A stretch of 64,000 bases of DNA from Macrostomum hystrix (taxonomy: Eukaryota; Animalia; Platyhelminthes). Numbering within the stretch: the stretch's first letter is position 1; every line of letters starts with the position of its first letter. The notes beneath the pieces are model-generated. The model was given only the letters and a program-made list of their open reading frames with translations, made no database searches and was not told the origin of the DNA. Made by a program: the position numbers and the translations under genes. The DNA lies in assembly GCA_950097015.1 (NCBI GenBank), contig CATNEN010000031.1:682001-746000 (forward strand). The letters run 5' to 3'. This document shows positions 34,615-47,299 of the stretch, piece by piece.

Positions 34615-36915
34615 GTAGCTAGATCCGAAGCTAAAATCACAGCTAGATCCGAAGCTAGAATCGTAGCTGGATCCGAAGCTAGAATCACAGCTGGATCCGA
34701 AGCTAGAATCACAGCTGGATCCGAAGCTAGAATCGTAGCTGGATCCGAAGCTAGAATCACAGCTGGATCCGAAGCTAGAATCACAGCTAGATCCGAAGCT
34801 AGAATCACAGCTGGATCCGAAGCTAGAATCACAGCTAGATCCGAAGCTAGAATCGTAGCTGGATCCGAAGCTAGAATCACAGCTACATCCGAAGCTAGAA
34901 TCGTAGCTAGATCCGAAGCTAGAATCACAGCTGGATCCGAAGCTAGAATCGTAGCTAGATCCGAAGCTAGAATCACAGCTGGATCCGAAGCTAGAATCGT
35001 AGCTAGATCCGAAGCTAGAATCACAGCTGGATCCGAAGCTAGAATCACAGCTGGATCCGAAGCTAGAATCGCAGCTAGATCCGAAGCTAGAATCACAGCT
35101 GGATCCGAAGCTAGAATCACAGCTAGATCCGAAGCTAGAATCACAGCTGGATCCGAAGCTAGAATCACAGCTGGATCCGAAGCTAGAATCGTAGCTGGAT
35201 CCGAAGCTAGAATCACAGCTGGATCCGAAGCTAGAATCACAGCTAGATCCGAAGCTAGAATCACAGCTGGATCCGAAGCTAGAATCACAGCTAGATCCGA
35301 AGCTAGAATCGTAGCTGGATCCGAAGCTAGAATCACAGCTACATCCGAAGCTAGAATCGTAGCTAGATCCGAAGCTAGAATCACAGCTGGATCCGAAGCT
35401 AGAATCGTAGCTAGATCCGAAGCTAGAATCACAGCTGGATCCGAAGCTAGAATCGTAGCTAGATCCGAAGCTAGAATCACAGCTGGATCCGAAGCTAGAA
35501 TCACAGCTGGATCCGAAGCTAGAATCGCAGCTAGATCCGAAGCTAGAATCACAGCTGGATCCGAAGCTAGAATCACAGCTAGATCCGAAGCTAGAATCGT
35601 AGCTGGATCCGAAGCTAGAATCACAGCTGGATCCGAAGCTAGAATCACAGCTGGATCCGAAGCTAGAATCGTAGCTGGATCCGAAGCTAGAATCACAGCT
35701 GGATCCGAAGCTAGAATCACAGCTAGATCCGAAGCTAGAATCACAGCTGGATCCGAAGCTAGAATCACAGCTAGATCCGAAGCTAGAATCGTAGCTGGAT
35801 CCGAAGCTAGAATCACAGCTACATCCGAAGCTAGAATCGTAGCTAGATCCGAAGCTAGAATCACAGCTGGATCCGAAGCTAGAATCGTAGCTAGATCCGA
35901 AGCTAGAATCACAGCTGGATCCGAAGCTAGAATCGTAGCTAGATCCGAAGCTAGAATCACAGCTGGATCCGAAGCTAGAATCACAGCTGGATCCGAAGCT
36001 AGAATCGCAGCTAGATCCGAAGCTAGAATCACAGCTGGATCCGAAGCTAGAATCACAGCTAGATCCGAAGCTAGAATCACAGCTGGATCCGAAGCTAGAA
36101 TCACAGCTGGATCCGAAGCTAGAATCGTAGCTGGATCCGAAGCTAGAATCACAGCTGGATCCGAAGCTAGAATCACAGCTAGATCCGAAGCTAGAATCAC
36201 AGCTGGATCCGAAGCTAGAATCACAGCTAGATCCGAAGCTAGAATCGTAGCTGGATCCGAAGCTAGAATCACAGCTACATCCGAAGCTAGAATCGTAGCT
36301 AGATCCGAAGCTAGAATCACAGCTGGATCCGAAGCTAGAATCGTAGCTAGATCCGAAGCTAGAATCACAGCTGGATCCGAAGCTAGAATCGTAGCTAGAT
36401 CCGAAGCTAGAATCACAGCTGGATCCGAAGCTAGAATCACAGCTGGATCCGAAGCTAGAATCGCAGCTAGATCCGAAGCTAGAATCACAGCTGGATCCGA
36501 AGCTAGAATCACAGCTAGATCCGAAGCTAGAATCACAGCTAGATCCGAAGCTAGAATCACAGCTAGATCCGAAGCTAGAATCACAGCTAGATCCGAAGCT
36601 AGAGTCACAGCTAGATCCGAAGCTAGAGTCACAGCTAGATCCGAAGCTAGAATCACAGCTGGATCCGAAGCTAGAATCACAGCTAGATCCGAAGCTAGAA
36701 TCACAGCTAGATCCGAAGCTAGAATCACAGCTAGATCCGAAGCTAGAATCGTAGCTGGATCCGAAGCTAGAATCGTAGCTAGATCCAAAGCTAGAGTCAC
36801 AGCTAGATCTGAAGCTAGAGTCACAGCTAGATCCGAAGCTAGAATCGTAGCTGGATCCGAAGCTAGAGTCAGAGCTAGATCTACAGCTAGAGTCACAGCT
36901 AGATCTACAGCTAGA
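34615..36915. repeat. 24-bp satellite (GCTGGATCCGAAGCTAGAATCACA)n with 19-20-monomer higher-order repeat
   Basis: Direct tandem copies; the rare ACATCC variant occurs at 34885, 35341, 35821 and 36277. Confidence 0.96.
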
Positions 36916-37429
36916 ATTAATGGCGAATCCACTTATACTATAAATAGTATATACCGAAAGAGCGTGAAGTCCTGAGCACAGCTATCCAGGCCAACCGCTA
37001 GTTGCAGGTGGAATTTTAATTAACATGTAACCATTTGCTATATGCTTGTGTTTTTTTCTTTTTAGCATCGTTGTAATGATTTTATCCCATGCTCCATCAT
37101 CTATTGTCAATTTTACAAGTAGAGCCTAAGAGATTCGCCACGCGAAACCGCAGTCAATGTTTTACCTTCACCCTTGCTAAATACATAGTACTGACTATGA
37201 ATACGAATAAATTATTGATTCATTCACCGACGCCGAGCTGTCAAACTTACTGTGCAATTCTAACCTGCAATCAATGTGTTCTGCTATGCTCCCTGTCCGT
37301 GCAGCTGAGACAGTGTTTGTTAACTCATGTGTTGTCACATATTCAATAGAACTGCGCAGATGTGTGTTTCAGTTCAGCAATACAGCCATGCGTGTGGTAA
37401 CTGGCTGTACTTGATATCTGATTTTGGGG

Positions 37430-38280
37430 ACTCTAGTCGCATTTGATGTCCGAATTCGGGGATTCTAGTTGCAGTTCATGTCCGAATTCGGGGATTCTAG
37501 TTGCAATTGATGTCCGAATTCGGGGATTCTAGTTGCAGTTCATGTCCGAATTCGGGGATTCTAGTTGCAATTGATGTCCGAATTCGGGGATTCTAGTTGC
37601 AGTTGATGTCCGAATTCGGGGATTCTAGTTGCAGTTGATGTCCGAATTCGGGGATTCTAGTTGCAATTGATGTCCGAATTCGGGGATTCTAGTTGCAGTT
37701 GATGTCCGAATTCGGGGATTCTAGTTGCAGTTCATGTCCGAATTCGGGGATTCTAGTTGCAGTTGATGTCCGAATTCGGGGATTCTAGTTGCAATTGATG
37801 TCCGAATTAGGGGATTCTAGTTGCAGTTCATGTCCGAATTCGGGGATTCTAGTTGCAGTTGATGTCCGAATTAGGGGATTCTAGTTGCAGTTGATGTCCG
37901 AATTCGGGGATTCTAGTTGCAGTTGATGTCCGAATTCGGGGATTCTAGTTGCAATTGATGTCCGAATTAGGGGATTCTAGTTGCAGTTGATGTCCGAATT
38001 CGGGGATTCTAGTTGCAGTTCATGTCCGAATTAGGGGATTCTAGTTGCAGTTGATGTCTGAATTAGGGGATTCTAGTTGCAGTTGATGTCTGAATTAGGG
38101 GATTCTAGTTGCAATTGATGTCCGAATTAGGGGATTCTAGTTGCAGTTGATGTCCGAATTCGGGGATTCTAGTTGCAGTTGATGTCCGAATTCGGGGATT
38201 CTAGTTGCAATTGATGTCCGAATTAGGGGATTCTAGTTGCAATTGATGTCCGAATTAGGGGATTCTAGTTGCAATTGATG
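37430..38280. repeat. 32-bp minisatellite (GTTGATGTCCGAATTCGGGGATTCTAGTTGCA)n
   Basis: Direct tandem copies. Confidence 0.96.
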
Positions 38281-39059
38281 CCTTGCTGTATGCCACTCAC
38301 AGCATGGAATTTAGGTGTGCATTGTTGTTAACTAAAGCTTATTAGTGTCAGAGAACAACATTGATTTGAGGCATTTCTTTCGAAATTATGTTTTGATTCA
38401 TGGCACTGCAGGTGTTTTAGTGTGGTTATTATTCCAATATTAAATATTTTGCAAGCAAAACTGCATTCTCTTACTATTAGTAGGCATATTTGCGCGCAAA
38501 TTCCACTTTCTTTAACTTGGCTTTTATCGACACAAAACTCGCAGTCCGCAATGAGTTGTTTTGCTAATTCTCTACTGAACATAGAGACATTTATCTGCAA
38601 TTCTTTCTATTGAAGTTGTACTGCGCATCTCTTGCAGTCCCGCTAACCGTACGCTTATCTTACCTGTGTTTTATTTTTAATTACTAAATACGGGTATAAT
38701 ACCCAGCATCGGCTATATAAATTGATATGATTTCTCTTACGTAACTTGGAGCAGTGCGTCTGTCTCTGTGAGATTATCACGGACCTATTTTGAAGCATTG
38801 TTTTATTAGCCAGTACGCGCAGTAAAGATTTCCCTTTTGATGCACAGAATTCCTAGTTTATAGACTGTACAAAAGGGCTTCTTTGCAATTCAGTAGGTCC
38901 GGAATCCGTCAAGATTCGATACTTTCTGACTTTCTGAAATCCCAATAATCCCTATCTCACCTCATTACATTTGAATCCCAGTTCGTTGGTTTCCAATTCT
39001 CAAATCCTCGATATAAATATCCCAATATTCATCAATTTGAGTCACGGTTGATTGACTTC

Positions 39060-40780
39060 CCATTTTCAAATCCTCATTCTAAAAATCCCCCATATTAATC
39101 AATTAGAATCCTACTTGATTGGCTCCCTATTCTCAAATCCTCATTCTAAAAACCCCCCATATTAATCAATTAGAATCCCACTTGATTGGCTCCTAATTCT
39201 CAAATCCTCATTCTGAAAATCCCCCATATAAATCAATTAGAATCCCACTTGATTGGCTCCCTATTCTCAAATCCTCATTCTGAAAACCCCCCTATATTAA
39301 TCAATTAGAATCCCACTTGATTGGCTCCCTATTCTCAAATCCTCATTCTAAAACTCCCCCCATATTAATCAATTAGAATCCCACTTGATTGGCTCCCTAT
39401 TCTCAAATCCTCATTCTAAAACCCCCCCATATTAATCAATTAGAATCCCACTTGATTGGCTCCCTATTCTCAAATCCTCATTCTAAAACCCCCCCATATT
39501 AATCAATTAGAATCCCACTTGATTGGCTCCCTATTCTCAAATCCTCATTCTAAAACCCCCCCATATTAATCAATTAGAATCCTACTTGATTGGCTCCCTA
39601 TTCTCAAATCCTCATTCTAAAACTCCCCCCATATTAATCAATTAGAATCCCACTTGATTGGCTCCCTATTCTCAAATCCTCATTCTAAAACCCCCCCATA
39701 TTAATCAATTAGAATCCCACTTGATTGGCTCCCTATTCTCAAATCCTCATTCTAAAACCCCCCCATATTAATCAATTAGAATCCTACTTGATTGGCTCCC
39801 TATTCTCAAATCCTCATTCTAAAACTCCCCCCATATTAATCAATTAGAATCCCACTTGATTGGCTCCCTATTCTCAAATCCTCATTCTAAAACTCCCCCC
39901 ATATTAATCAATTAGAATCCCACTTGATTGGCTCCCTATTCTCAAATCCTCATTCTAAAACCCCCCCATATTAATCAATTAGAATCCCACTTGATTGGCT
40001 CCCTATTCTCAAATCCTCATTCTAAAACCCCCCCATATTAATCAATTAGAATCCCACTTGATTGGCTCCCTATTCTCAAATCCTCATTCTAAAACCCCCC
40101 CATATTAATCAATTAGAATCCCACTTGATTGGCTCCCTATTCTCAAATCCTCATTCTGAAAATCCCCCATATTAATCAATTAGAATCCCACTTGATTGGC
40201 TCCCTATTCTCAAATCCTCATTCTAAAACTCCCCCATATTAATCAATTAGAATCCCACTTGATTGGCTCCCTAATCTCAAATCCTCATTCTAAAACTCAC
40301 CCCATATTAATCAATTAGAATCCCACTTGATTGGCTCCCTATTCTCAAATCCTCATTCTAAAACCCCCCCATATTAATCAATTAGAATCCCACTTGATTG
40401 GCTCCCTATTCTCAAATCCTCATTCTAAAACCCCCCCATATTAATCAATTAGAATCCCACTTGATTGGCTCCCTATTCTCAAATCCTCATTCTGAAAATC
40501 CCCCATATTAATCAATTAGAATCCTACTTGATTGGCTCCTAATTCTCAAATCCTCATTCTGAAAATCCCCCATATTAATCAAGTAGAATCCCAGTTGATT
40601 GGCTCCCAATTCTCAAATCCTCATTCTGAAAATCCCCCATATTAATCAATTAGAATCCCACTTGATTGGCTCCCTATTCTCAAATCCTCATTATAAATAT
40701 TCCCATATTCGTCTAACAGAATCCCACTTAATTGGCTCCTAATTCTCAAATCCTCATTATATAAATCCCATATTTACCTA
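39060..40780. repeat. ~67-bp minisatellite, one CCAAT box per unit
   Basis: Unit AATCAATTAGAATCCCACTTGATTGGCTCCCTATTCTCAAATCCTCATTCTAAAACCCCCCCATATT; period 67 measured from 39501 to 39568; variable C-run. Confidence 0.95.
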
Positions 40781-41799
40781 ATAAAAGCCTCCCAGTGAAG
40801 CGTTTTTCTTGAAGTTTTTTTTCGTGGGACCTTACGGAAGATGGTTAATGGACCAGTTTTTTTCCTTAAATTTCTATTTTTGCAGAGCACTTTGTAGAAT
40901 ATATTTTGCTAGTTCTTATTTAGCCTTTCGGCTGTCAGCTGCAGATATTTTGGCATATTGTGTGATATTGCTTGTCAGTTTGTCTGTTGCTGCGAGCCAG
41001 TTGTGCTGGATTTCCTATTATTTTTTAACTCTAAAAGACTTGCAAAGCCAAGCTTATAACCAGCTTGTGTCCCAACGTTATCCACTGAGCGCACGAAGCT
41101 TCTTCTCTCTATCCTATCTAAAAGCATTGTTGTCCCGTGTTATTAATACAATTATAATAATTATTATTTCTATTGCTACAACTTACAATTTCCTCTGCAA
41201 GATTATCCGTGTTTCTAAAGGTTAAGCAAGTCAGTTTTTTCTGTATTTTATCTGATTCCCTGACAATTGACACTTGCAGGTAGAGTCTACTTCAACATCT
41301 GAACCTGACGTGTCTCCTGGCCTATGAAAATTAGTGCATCGATTATGCGTATATACGATGCCATAATATACCCGCAGTGTGATTCTATATATATGCATAT
41401 ATTAATTGAAGCTATACAACTGAATATTTAGTTGCTAACTAAGTCTTAATTAATTTAATTCTAATCGATCCAACAGTTCTCAAAGAAGGCCCTGCGTGAC
41501 CTTCTGTTTAATAATAAACAATCCAATATTGATTGCTACTCACTACCGGAGTCCATGCGAACTAGTTTCCTAAGTAAAAAAGCGACTATACAGTTCTATA
41601 TATGCTAGCAATACTTAATTAGACGTAATTTATAATGTAAACAAACCCCAATCTCTACCACCTCGGCGATGACTCATTGATTTCTTATCTCGGCGCGCAC
41701 ATTTCTACCCTGCTTGTGGGCAGGAACGAAATGTACACTGGCTGCCTCAGTCCAGCTGCTGCCTTGGCCCACCTTCTCTTCACCCGCCACCTCACTCCT

Positions 41800-42030
41800 C
41801 ACGCTGCGATTGGCTGTTCGCTCTGTCAAATGAAAAATGTCTAAAAGCCGAGTCTCTTCATTTGAAACCTTTGCTCGACTGCGTGAAGCTTCGGTCAGAG
41901 TAAAATTGAAAACGATACAAAGTTACAAGTTACTGCAAAGTTACACCGGCCAATCACTGATGTGTTCGATGAGTATTTAGGTCACATCATTCCGCTCTAT
42001 CCCTCGGGCCTTCTGATTGGCTAATGAACG
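41800..42030 (+). promoter_or_regulatory. Candidate CCAAT-box proximal promoter of the secreted mosaic-protein gene
   Basis: GATTGGCT at 41808 and 42015 and GGCCAATC at 41948, 200-430 bp upstream of ATG 42238; the TSS is not known. Confidence 0.35.
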
Positions 42031-42237
42031 TCGGTCGGGGGTTGCGTCTGATCGCTTGACAGATGGGCTAAGTCTGACACCAATTTAATTTAGCAATGTC
42101 AATGTTAGAAAAAATCTAATAAAACTGAATCTTACGGCGGCTACAGTAACACTCAACGCTGTTAACGAATTAAAAAAACGCGCAAGCAACAGAAAAGAGG
42201 ATACAATTTAGCTCATACAAGTCCCACTCGAGTAACC

Positions 42238-43333
42238 ATGCCGCCTAGACTGCGGTTTGTCGCCACCTGCTCTCATTGGCTGGCCTGCCTAGCCCTGTAT
42301 CAGCTGGTCTGGCCAGCTCTCGGCCAGCTCACCACAGCCACCAACGGAATCCACTCTGCCCTGCCCACACAGCCACCGTCCCTGAATCCCGGCTTATCCA
42401 TCCCAGCTGCCCCAGCTATCCAGCCATGCGGAGCCTTCCGCGCCGTCGACTGCTCCATAGGCGACTTTCACCAGGTGGGCTTTGATGCCGGCGGCTGCCC
42501 AGTGGACTCCTGCCAGCCTTGCGGCCTGAAATCCGGCCAGCAGACCGAGTGCCAGGGCCAGACCTGTCCGCCAGTGGCACCGCCTGCTGGCTGGAGCGGC
42601 CTCTGTCCGGCCGGCCAGTTTCTGGGTGATCCGGGGCCAGAGACCGCTGGCTGTGCCTCACTGGCCTGCCTGCCCTGCCAGCCAAATCTGATGGGCCTTC
42701 GCCGCGGCTGCCGCTGCCCTCCTGAGGCCTCCCAGCCGACAGCCTGCCCCAGCGGCAAGTACCTTCACCGATTCAACGACAGCCTCGGCTGCCAGGTTTC
42801 TGCCTGCGTTGACTGTCCGCTGTTGTCTGTACCAGTCTGTCCTCCTGGCGAGTATGTGCGTTCTTACTCCAGCCCGGACACCGGCTGCCCGGTGGCCGAC
42901 TGCTCCAACTGCACTGCGGACACCGCCGACCGGCCCGGCTGCCGCCCCGCTGCCGGCTGCACCAATGCGAACAAGCCCGACTGCCCGCCAGGCCGGCAGC
43001 CCGTTCAGCAGCTGCTGCAGGGAGGAGCCGGTGGCACCGTCACCTGCCACTGGATCTGCCAGGCCTGTCCGAATGACACCCGGCCGATCGCCTGTCCGGT
43101 TGGCCAGTTTAGGCAGGACAATCCGCCGGGACACTGCCAGCCTTGGAGCTGCCGCGACTGCGACTTCAATCACCGAGACCTGCCCAGCTGCCGGCCCGCC
43201 GAGACCTGCGCCAGCCAGCCCGACTGGGCCGTCACCTGCGCCGCTGGCCACTATCGCCGGGCCGTTGCCGTAGCAACCACCGGCTGCCTCACTGTGGAAT
43301 GCGCGAGCTGCCAACAGGCTGCCAATGCCACTG
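42238..43333 (+). CDS. Secreted mosaic protein, exon 1 (signal peptide plus Cys-rich antistasin-like repeats)
   Basis: Hydrophobic N-terminus (WLACLALYQLVWPALG); repeats of C-P-x-G-x(8-14)-GC-x4-C-x2-C; donor G|GTAAAT. The six-exon model 42238-43333, 43864-44267, 44482-45225, 45513-46168, 46728-47252, 47984-50108 is phase-consistent: 5550 nt, 1849 aa. Confidence 0.88.
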
Positions 43334-43347
43334 GTAAATATGCTCTT

Positions 43348-43625
43348 GGGATTTGCGAGGTCGAGATTTCCGAGGTTGGGATTTCCGAGGTTGGGATTTC
43401 CGAGGTTGGGATTTCCGAGGTTGGGATTTCCGAGGTTGGGATTTCCGAGGTTGGGATTTCCGAGGTTGGGATTTCCGAGGTTGGGATTTCCGAGGTTGGG
43501 ATTTCCGAGGTTGGGATTTCCGAGGTTGGGATTTCCGAGGTTGGAATTTCCGAGGTTGGAATTTCCGAGGTTAGGATTTCCGAGGTTGGGATTTCCGAGG
43601 TTGGGATTTCCAAGGTTGGGATTTA
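43348..43625. repeat. 15-bp minisatellite (GGGATTTCCGAGGTT)n in intron 1, decaying to ~43780
   Basis: Direct tandem copies right after the donor; explains the EVGIS ORF tail. Confidence 0.95.
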
Positions 43626-43863
43626 ACACTACGATTTCACATATCGGGATTTCATCTATCGGGATTTCACATATTGGGATTTCAAGTATTAGGATTTCAT
43701 AAATTAGGATTTCATATATTGGGAATTTACATATTTGGATTTCAGAGATTTAGATTTAAGCGATTGGGATTTTAGAAATTGCGATTTTGAAAATTTGCAT
43801 GTGGCAAGTAATTCTGAGTTCCCCTATTGAAAAGTGTGCTCCGATTCCACCCAGCCAACCCAG

Positions 43864-44267
43864 GCCATTCCGAAGCTGCCCCAGCTGAGCTGCCTGCCGA
43901 ATGCCGCCGCTCCTGCCCTGAGCCACTGGTGCTCTGCGGCCCCGGCGCCATCGCTGAATTCAGCCTGGACGCCGACGGCTGCCGGAAGGCCACATGTCGG
44001 CCCTGCCGCGACCAGGAGGCCTGCGCCGCCAGACCCGGCTGCGGCCAGCTTGGCCGTTTGGACTTTGAAATCACTGACTGCCGGGCCGGCTACTTCCACC
44101 TGGCCAACATCAGCATCGACGGCTGCTCGGCGCGCGTCTGCCTGCCCTGCCCGGCCAGCGGGCAGCTGCCGCCCAGCTGCGGCGAACTGCCGTCCGCCTG
44201 CGTCTCGTCCGCCTTCTCGGCTGCCAGCTTGCCCAACTGCACAGCCGGAGCTCAGCAGGTGCAACAG
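43864..44267 (+). CDS. Secreted mosaic protein, exon 2 (Cys-rich repeats)
   Basis: aacccag| (phase 1) ... CAG|GTGAGT; DADGCRKATCRPC, IDGCSARVCLPC. Confidence 0.88.
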
Positions 44268-44481
44268 GTGAGTGCCAACACAATTGAACTGCGCTTTGTT
44301 GCCTCCTATGATTTTTCTGACTATTCTGATTCGTTTATTTCGTCAGTGCAGTCGTCTCTGCTTTCTAGATGTCACATTTTTATCTTCTGTCTCACGCCAT
44401 GTAACCTTCGCCATGTAGCCCTCGCCCTGTAGCCCTCGCATTTGCCGTCTTAGCTTCATCTCTCACCCTCTCCGGCTACAG

Positions 44482-45225
44482 AGCAAGTGCCTGATTTACC
44501 CGCAGGTGATCGACTCTAACGGCTGCCCCAGCCTGGCCTGCGCCGATTGTCCAGCCGACCGTCCAGCCTGTCCTGCCGGCCATCGCGAAACGCCGCGGCC
44601 AATAAAATGGCTTCAGTGCGAGCAGTTCGAATGCCGCCAGATTGCCATGTCTGACACAGCGGTCTCATCTTCGGCCTCCGCTTCATCAGCAGCGTCAGCC
44701 TCATCAGCCGCATCCGCTGCTGCGTCCTCTGCGTCCGCCGCGTCTTCCTCTTCTGCTGCGTCTTCGTCCTCTGCTGCAGCAGCAGCAGCAGCAGCGGCAG
44801 CAGCTTCTTCCTCATCCTCTTCTTCGTCATCCTCTTCTTCCTCAACTAGCACTTCGTCGGGTTCTTCAGCTGCAGCTGCAGGCGCTTCATCCGCCGCATC
44901 GTCAGGCGCGTCATCCGGTATCTCGACGATCCCTCTTGACTCGGCTGGATGTCCAGTTCAGCCGTGGCGCCAGTCCCCGATTGAGTTCAGCGCCGAATGG
45001 CTCCAGCTCGATGGCGGCTGCCGCCTGCGCCGCTACCACACCTGCCCGGCCCCAGCTGTCGTCTGTCGTCACGGCGAGCTGCCTCAGCTGACTGACGGCT
45101 GCCAGTACGCCTGCCGGCAGCAGAATTGGACCAGCAGCCCGACTGCCTGCTTTCCAGGCCAGCACTACATCATCTTTGTTGTAGACACGAACCGGGCCAA
45201 GTCGCCATTCCAGATCAGATTCCAG
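44482..45225 (+). CDS. Secreted mosaic protein, exon 3 (Cys repeats, Ser/Ala linker, VWA start)
   Basis: Acceptor ggctacag| at 44481 (in-frame alternative at 44505); donor CAG|GTGCGG; HYIIFVVDT is the VWA first strand. Confidence 0.83.
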
Positions 45226-45324
45226 GTGCGGCGCCTGCGCTTCAAATCTTCTGAATCATCAAAGCAGCTGGCCTCTTGAAAATTGAATCTAATTTCACGC
45301 AATCCCAGTCTCATATTTTCTCTT

Positions 45325-45505
45325 CTAATCTCAGGTGTTCCACTTTCATCTAATCTCAGGTGTTCCACTGTCATCTAATCTGAGGTGTTCCACTGTCATC
45401 TAATCTGAGGTGTTCCACTGTTGTCTAATCTCAGGTGTTCCACTTTCATCTAATCTCAGGTGTTCCACTGTCATCTAATCTGAGGTGTTCCACTGTTGTC
45501 TAATC
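45325..45505. repeat. 25-bp minisatellite (CTAATCTCAGGTGTTCCACTGTCAT)n ending at the exon 4 acceptor
   Basis: About 7 units; each resembles the real acceptor CTAATCTCCGCAG|GTG. Confidence 0.9.
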
Positions 45506-45512
45506 TCCGCAG

Positions 45513-46168
45513 GTGGCCTCATTCATCGCTCGTCTGTCCGGCCAGCTGGCCTACGGCGCCAGCGCTGTGCAGATCGGCGCCATCTGCTATAGCGGCCGCG
45601 TCATCAGAGTCATCAGCCCGGACGAGTGCCCCACAGCCGACGCCTTCTTCCGCCAGCTGCTGCTTCTGCGCTACGATGAGGACTCGGCGACGGCAACTGG
45701 CGACGCTGTAGCCGCGGCGGCGGCTCTACTTCGCCGGCTTCAACGGACTGAGGCGCGTCGCAGCATCGTTGTGATCACCGACAGCGTCACGAATAGCGGC
45801 CTCAGCCTGAAGTCTGCATCGGCGCTGCTGCCAAACAACACCGAGAACTACTTCGTGACCATCAGCCCCGTCTGGAACCCGGCGCTGCGTGCCGAGGCTG
45901 CCAGCTTCGTGTCCGAAGCCGACAATCTTGTTGAACTGGACTCCTACTACCTGCTGTCCACCAGCGGAGTGCAGCAGATGTTCCCGCAGTGCTACCGCGC
46001 ATGCGACTCTGCCAGGAACAGCCTGGCCGTGCGGCAGAGCTTCCTGCGCTACCTGCAGGACTCGGTGCACCAGTATGAGGCCTGGCTGTACACCGTGTAC
46101 TCCAGCATCACCCGGCTGCAGGAGGGCCTCGAGACAATGCAGTACCAGTTCGAGAGCAAGCAGATTCG
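45513..46168 (+). CDS. Secreted mosaic protein, exon 4 (VWA domain plus coiled-coil start)
   Basis: ccgcag| ... CG|GTGAGT; VASFIARL...AVQIGAICYSG...RRSIVVITDS follows the VWA pattern. Confidence 0.88.
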
Positions 46169-46278
46169 GTGAGTTAAATTCTTCCACTGACTCCTGCATC
46201 AAAGGTCGCGAGTTCGCTCCGCAACGAAGCCTGAAGAAACTTCGCCTTCTTTACCTTCTCCTTCTAAGCCCCGAATCG

Positions 46279-46605
46279 GGGTATGAGTGGCAGAGCGTTT
46301 AACGCTTTTGCCTCTCGCACCAATTCGTCCCTGAGCTCGATTCCGTGGCGAAGCCACATTCACTTGGGCGCGCAGTCACGGAGAGAAGGCTTGGTGGCTT
46401 GTCGTGCAATTTACGCCATTGAGGGCCAACCTCCAAGACACAGTGGGAGTGTGCACTGCCTGACGATGAGAAAGTCAGGGCAGACGTACACAGCTGTGTG
46501 CGTATGTGCTCAGGAGTCAGTGAAATGGTCAGAATTGCCTCCTCACTGGTCTAGTGTCACCAAATGATGTGCTATTGCCCGCAGCCCTCCTGCAATTATA
46601 TTATT
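46279..46605 (+). mobile_element. tRNA-derived SINE (family B), full-length copy in intron 4
   Basis: GAGTGGCAGAGCGTTTAA (A box), GAGCTCGATTCC (B box), body collinear with the reverse complement of 9980-10322, ATT-type tail. Confidence 0.85.
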
Positions 46606-46727
46606 TTCATTCAGCCCCGACTCGATTGTTACGAAATGAAGCCTCCTGCTACGAGCGTACATTGACCTGGGGCTTGTGAAAGCGCCTAACTAATTACCCA
46701 AGCTCAACTACCCACCTTACTTGGCAG

Positions 46728-47252
46728 TCTGGAGCTCTGCAGCCGGATGCTGTCGCATTACAAAGCCACCGTGCAGCGGCTGCAGGACCAGCTGGACAGT
46801 CTGCAGTCCATGCGCAGCCAGGCGGTCAACGCCGCCGACTACGAGAGCAGCCTGGCCCAGGTGCGCCAGCTCGAGAAGCAGGTCGAGAGCCTGACGGTGA
46901 AGAAGAGCCAGCTGGTGTCGCAGCTGCAGGAAATCCTGGTGCGCATCGGCACCGCCGAGGACCGATTGTCGGCGATGCGCCGCGACCAGGAGGCCAAGGT
47001 GGCGGCCGAGAGTGCCCAGATTGCGTCCCTGGAGACTCGCATCGCCTCCTCCTGGCAGTCGCTGCAGACGCTGACCCAGCAGCTGCTGCTGAAGCGAATG
47101 TCCGCCAGCAACGCCGAGTCAATGGTGCAGGAGAAGGAGGCGCGCATTCAGGATGTCCTTCTGCTCAACGCAGACATGGCCACACGGATCACTTCGCTGA
47201 GAACTCAAATTGAGGCGCTCAAGGCCAATACCAACAGCTCGCAGGTGGCCGG
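46728..47252 (+). CDS. Secreted mosaic protein, exon 5 (coiled coil)
   Basis: ttggcag| (phase 2) ... GG|GTGAGA; heptad-rich ORF 46747..47256. Confidence 0.88.
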
Positions 47253-47299
47253 GTGAGATTCCCCCTTCCCTTGTGACAATGCATTGTGCACAATTCCAT

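Noticed and set aside
34564-36975. 803-aa and 779-aa ORFs (ARSEARIT / LASDPAVI repeats)
   Set aside because: By-products of a stop-free 24-bp satellite: non-ATG or no plausible start, no unique domain, open on both strands.
38328-38600. ORF with RELAKQLIADCEFC, resembling the end of an integrase zinc finger
   Set aside because: No His pair upstream and no DDE core downstream; AT-rich and too short.
43334-43629. EVGIS / NLGNP / FPRLG / DFRGW repeat peptides
   Set aside because: 15-bp intronic minisatellite following the GTAAAT donor.
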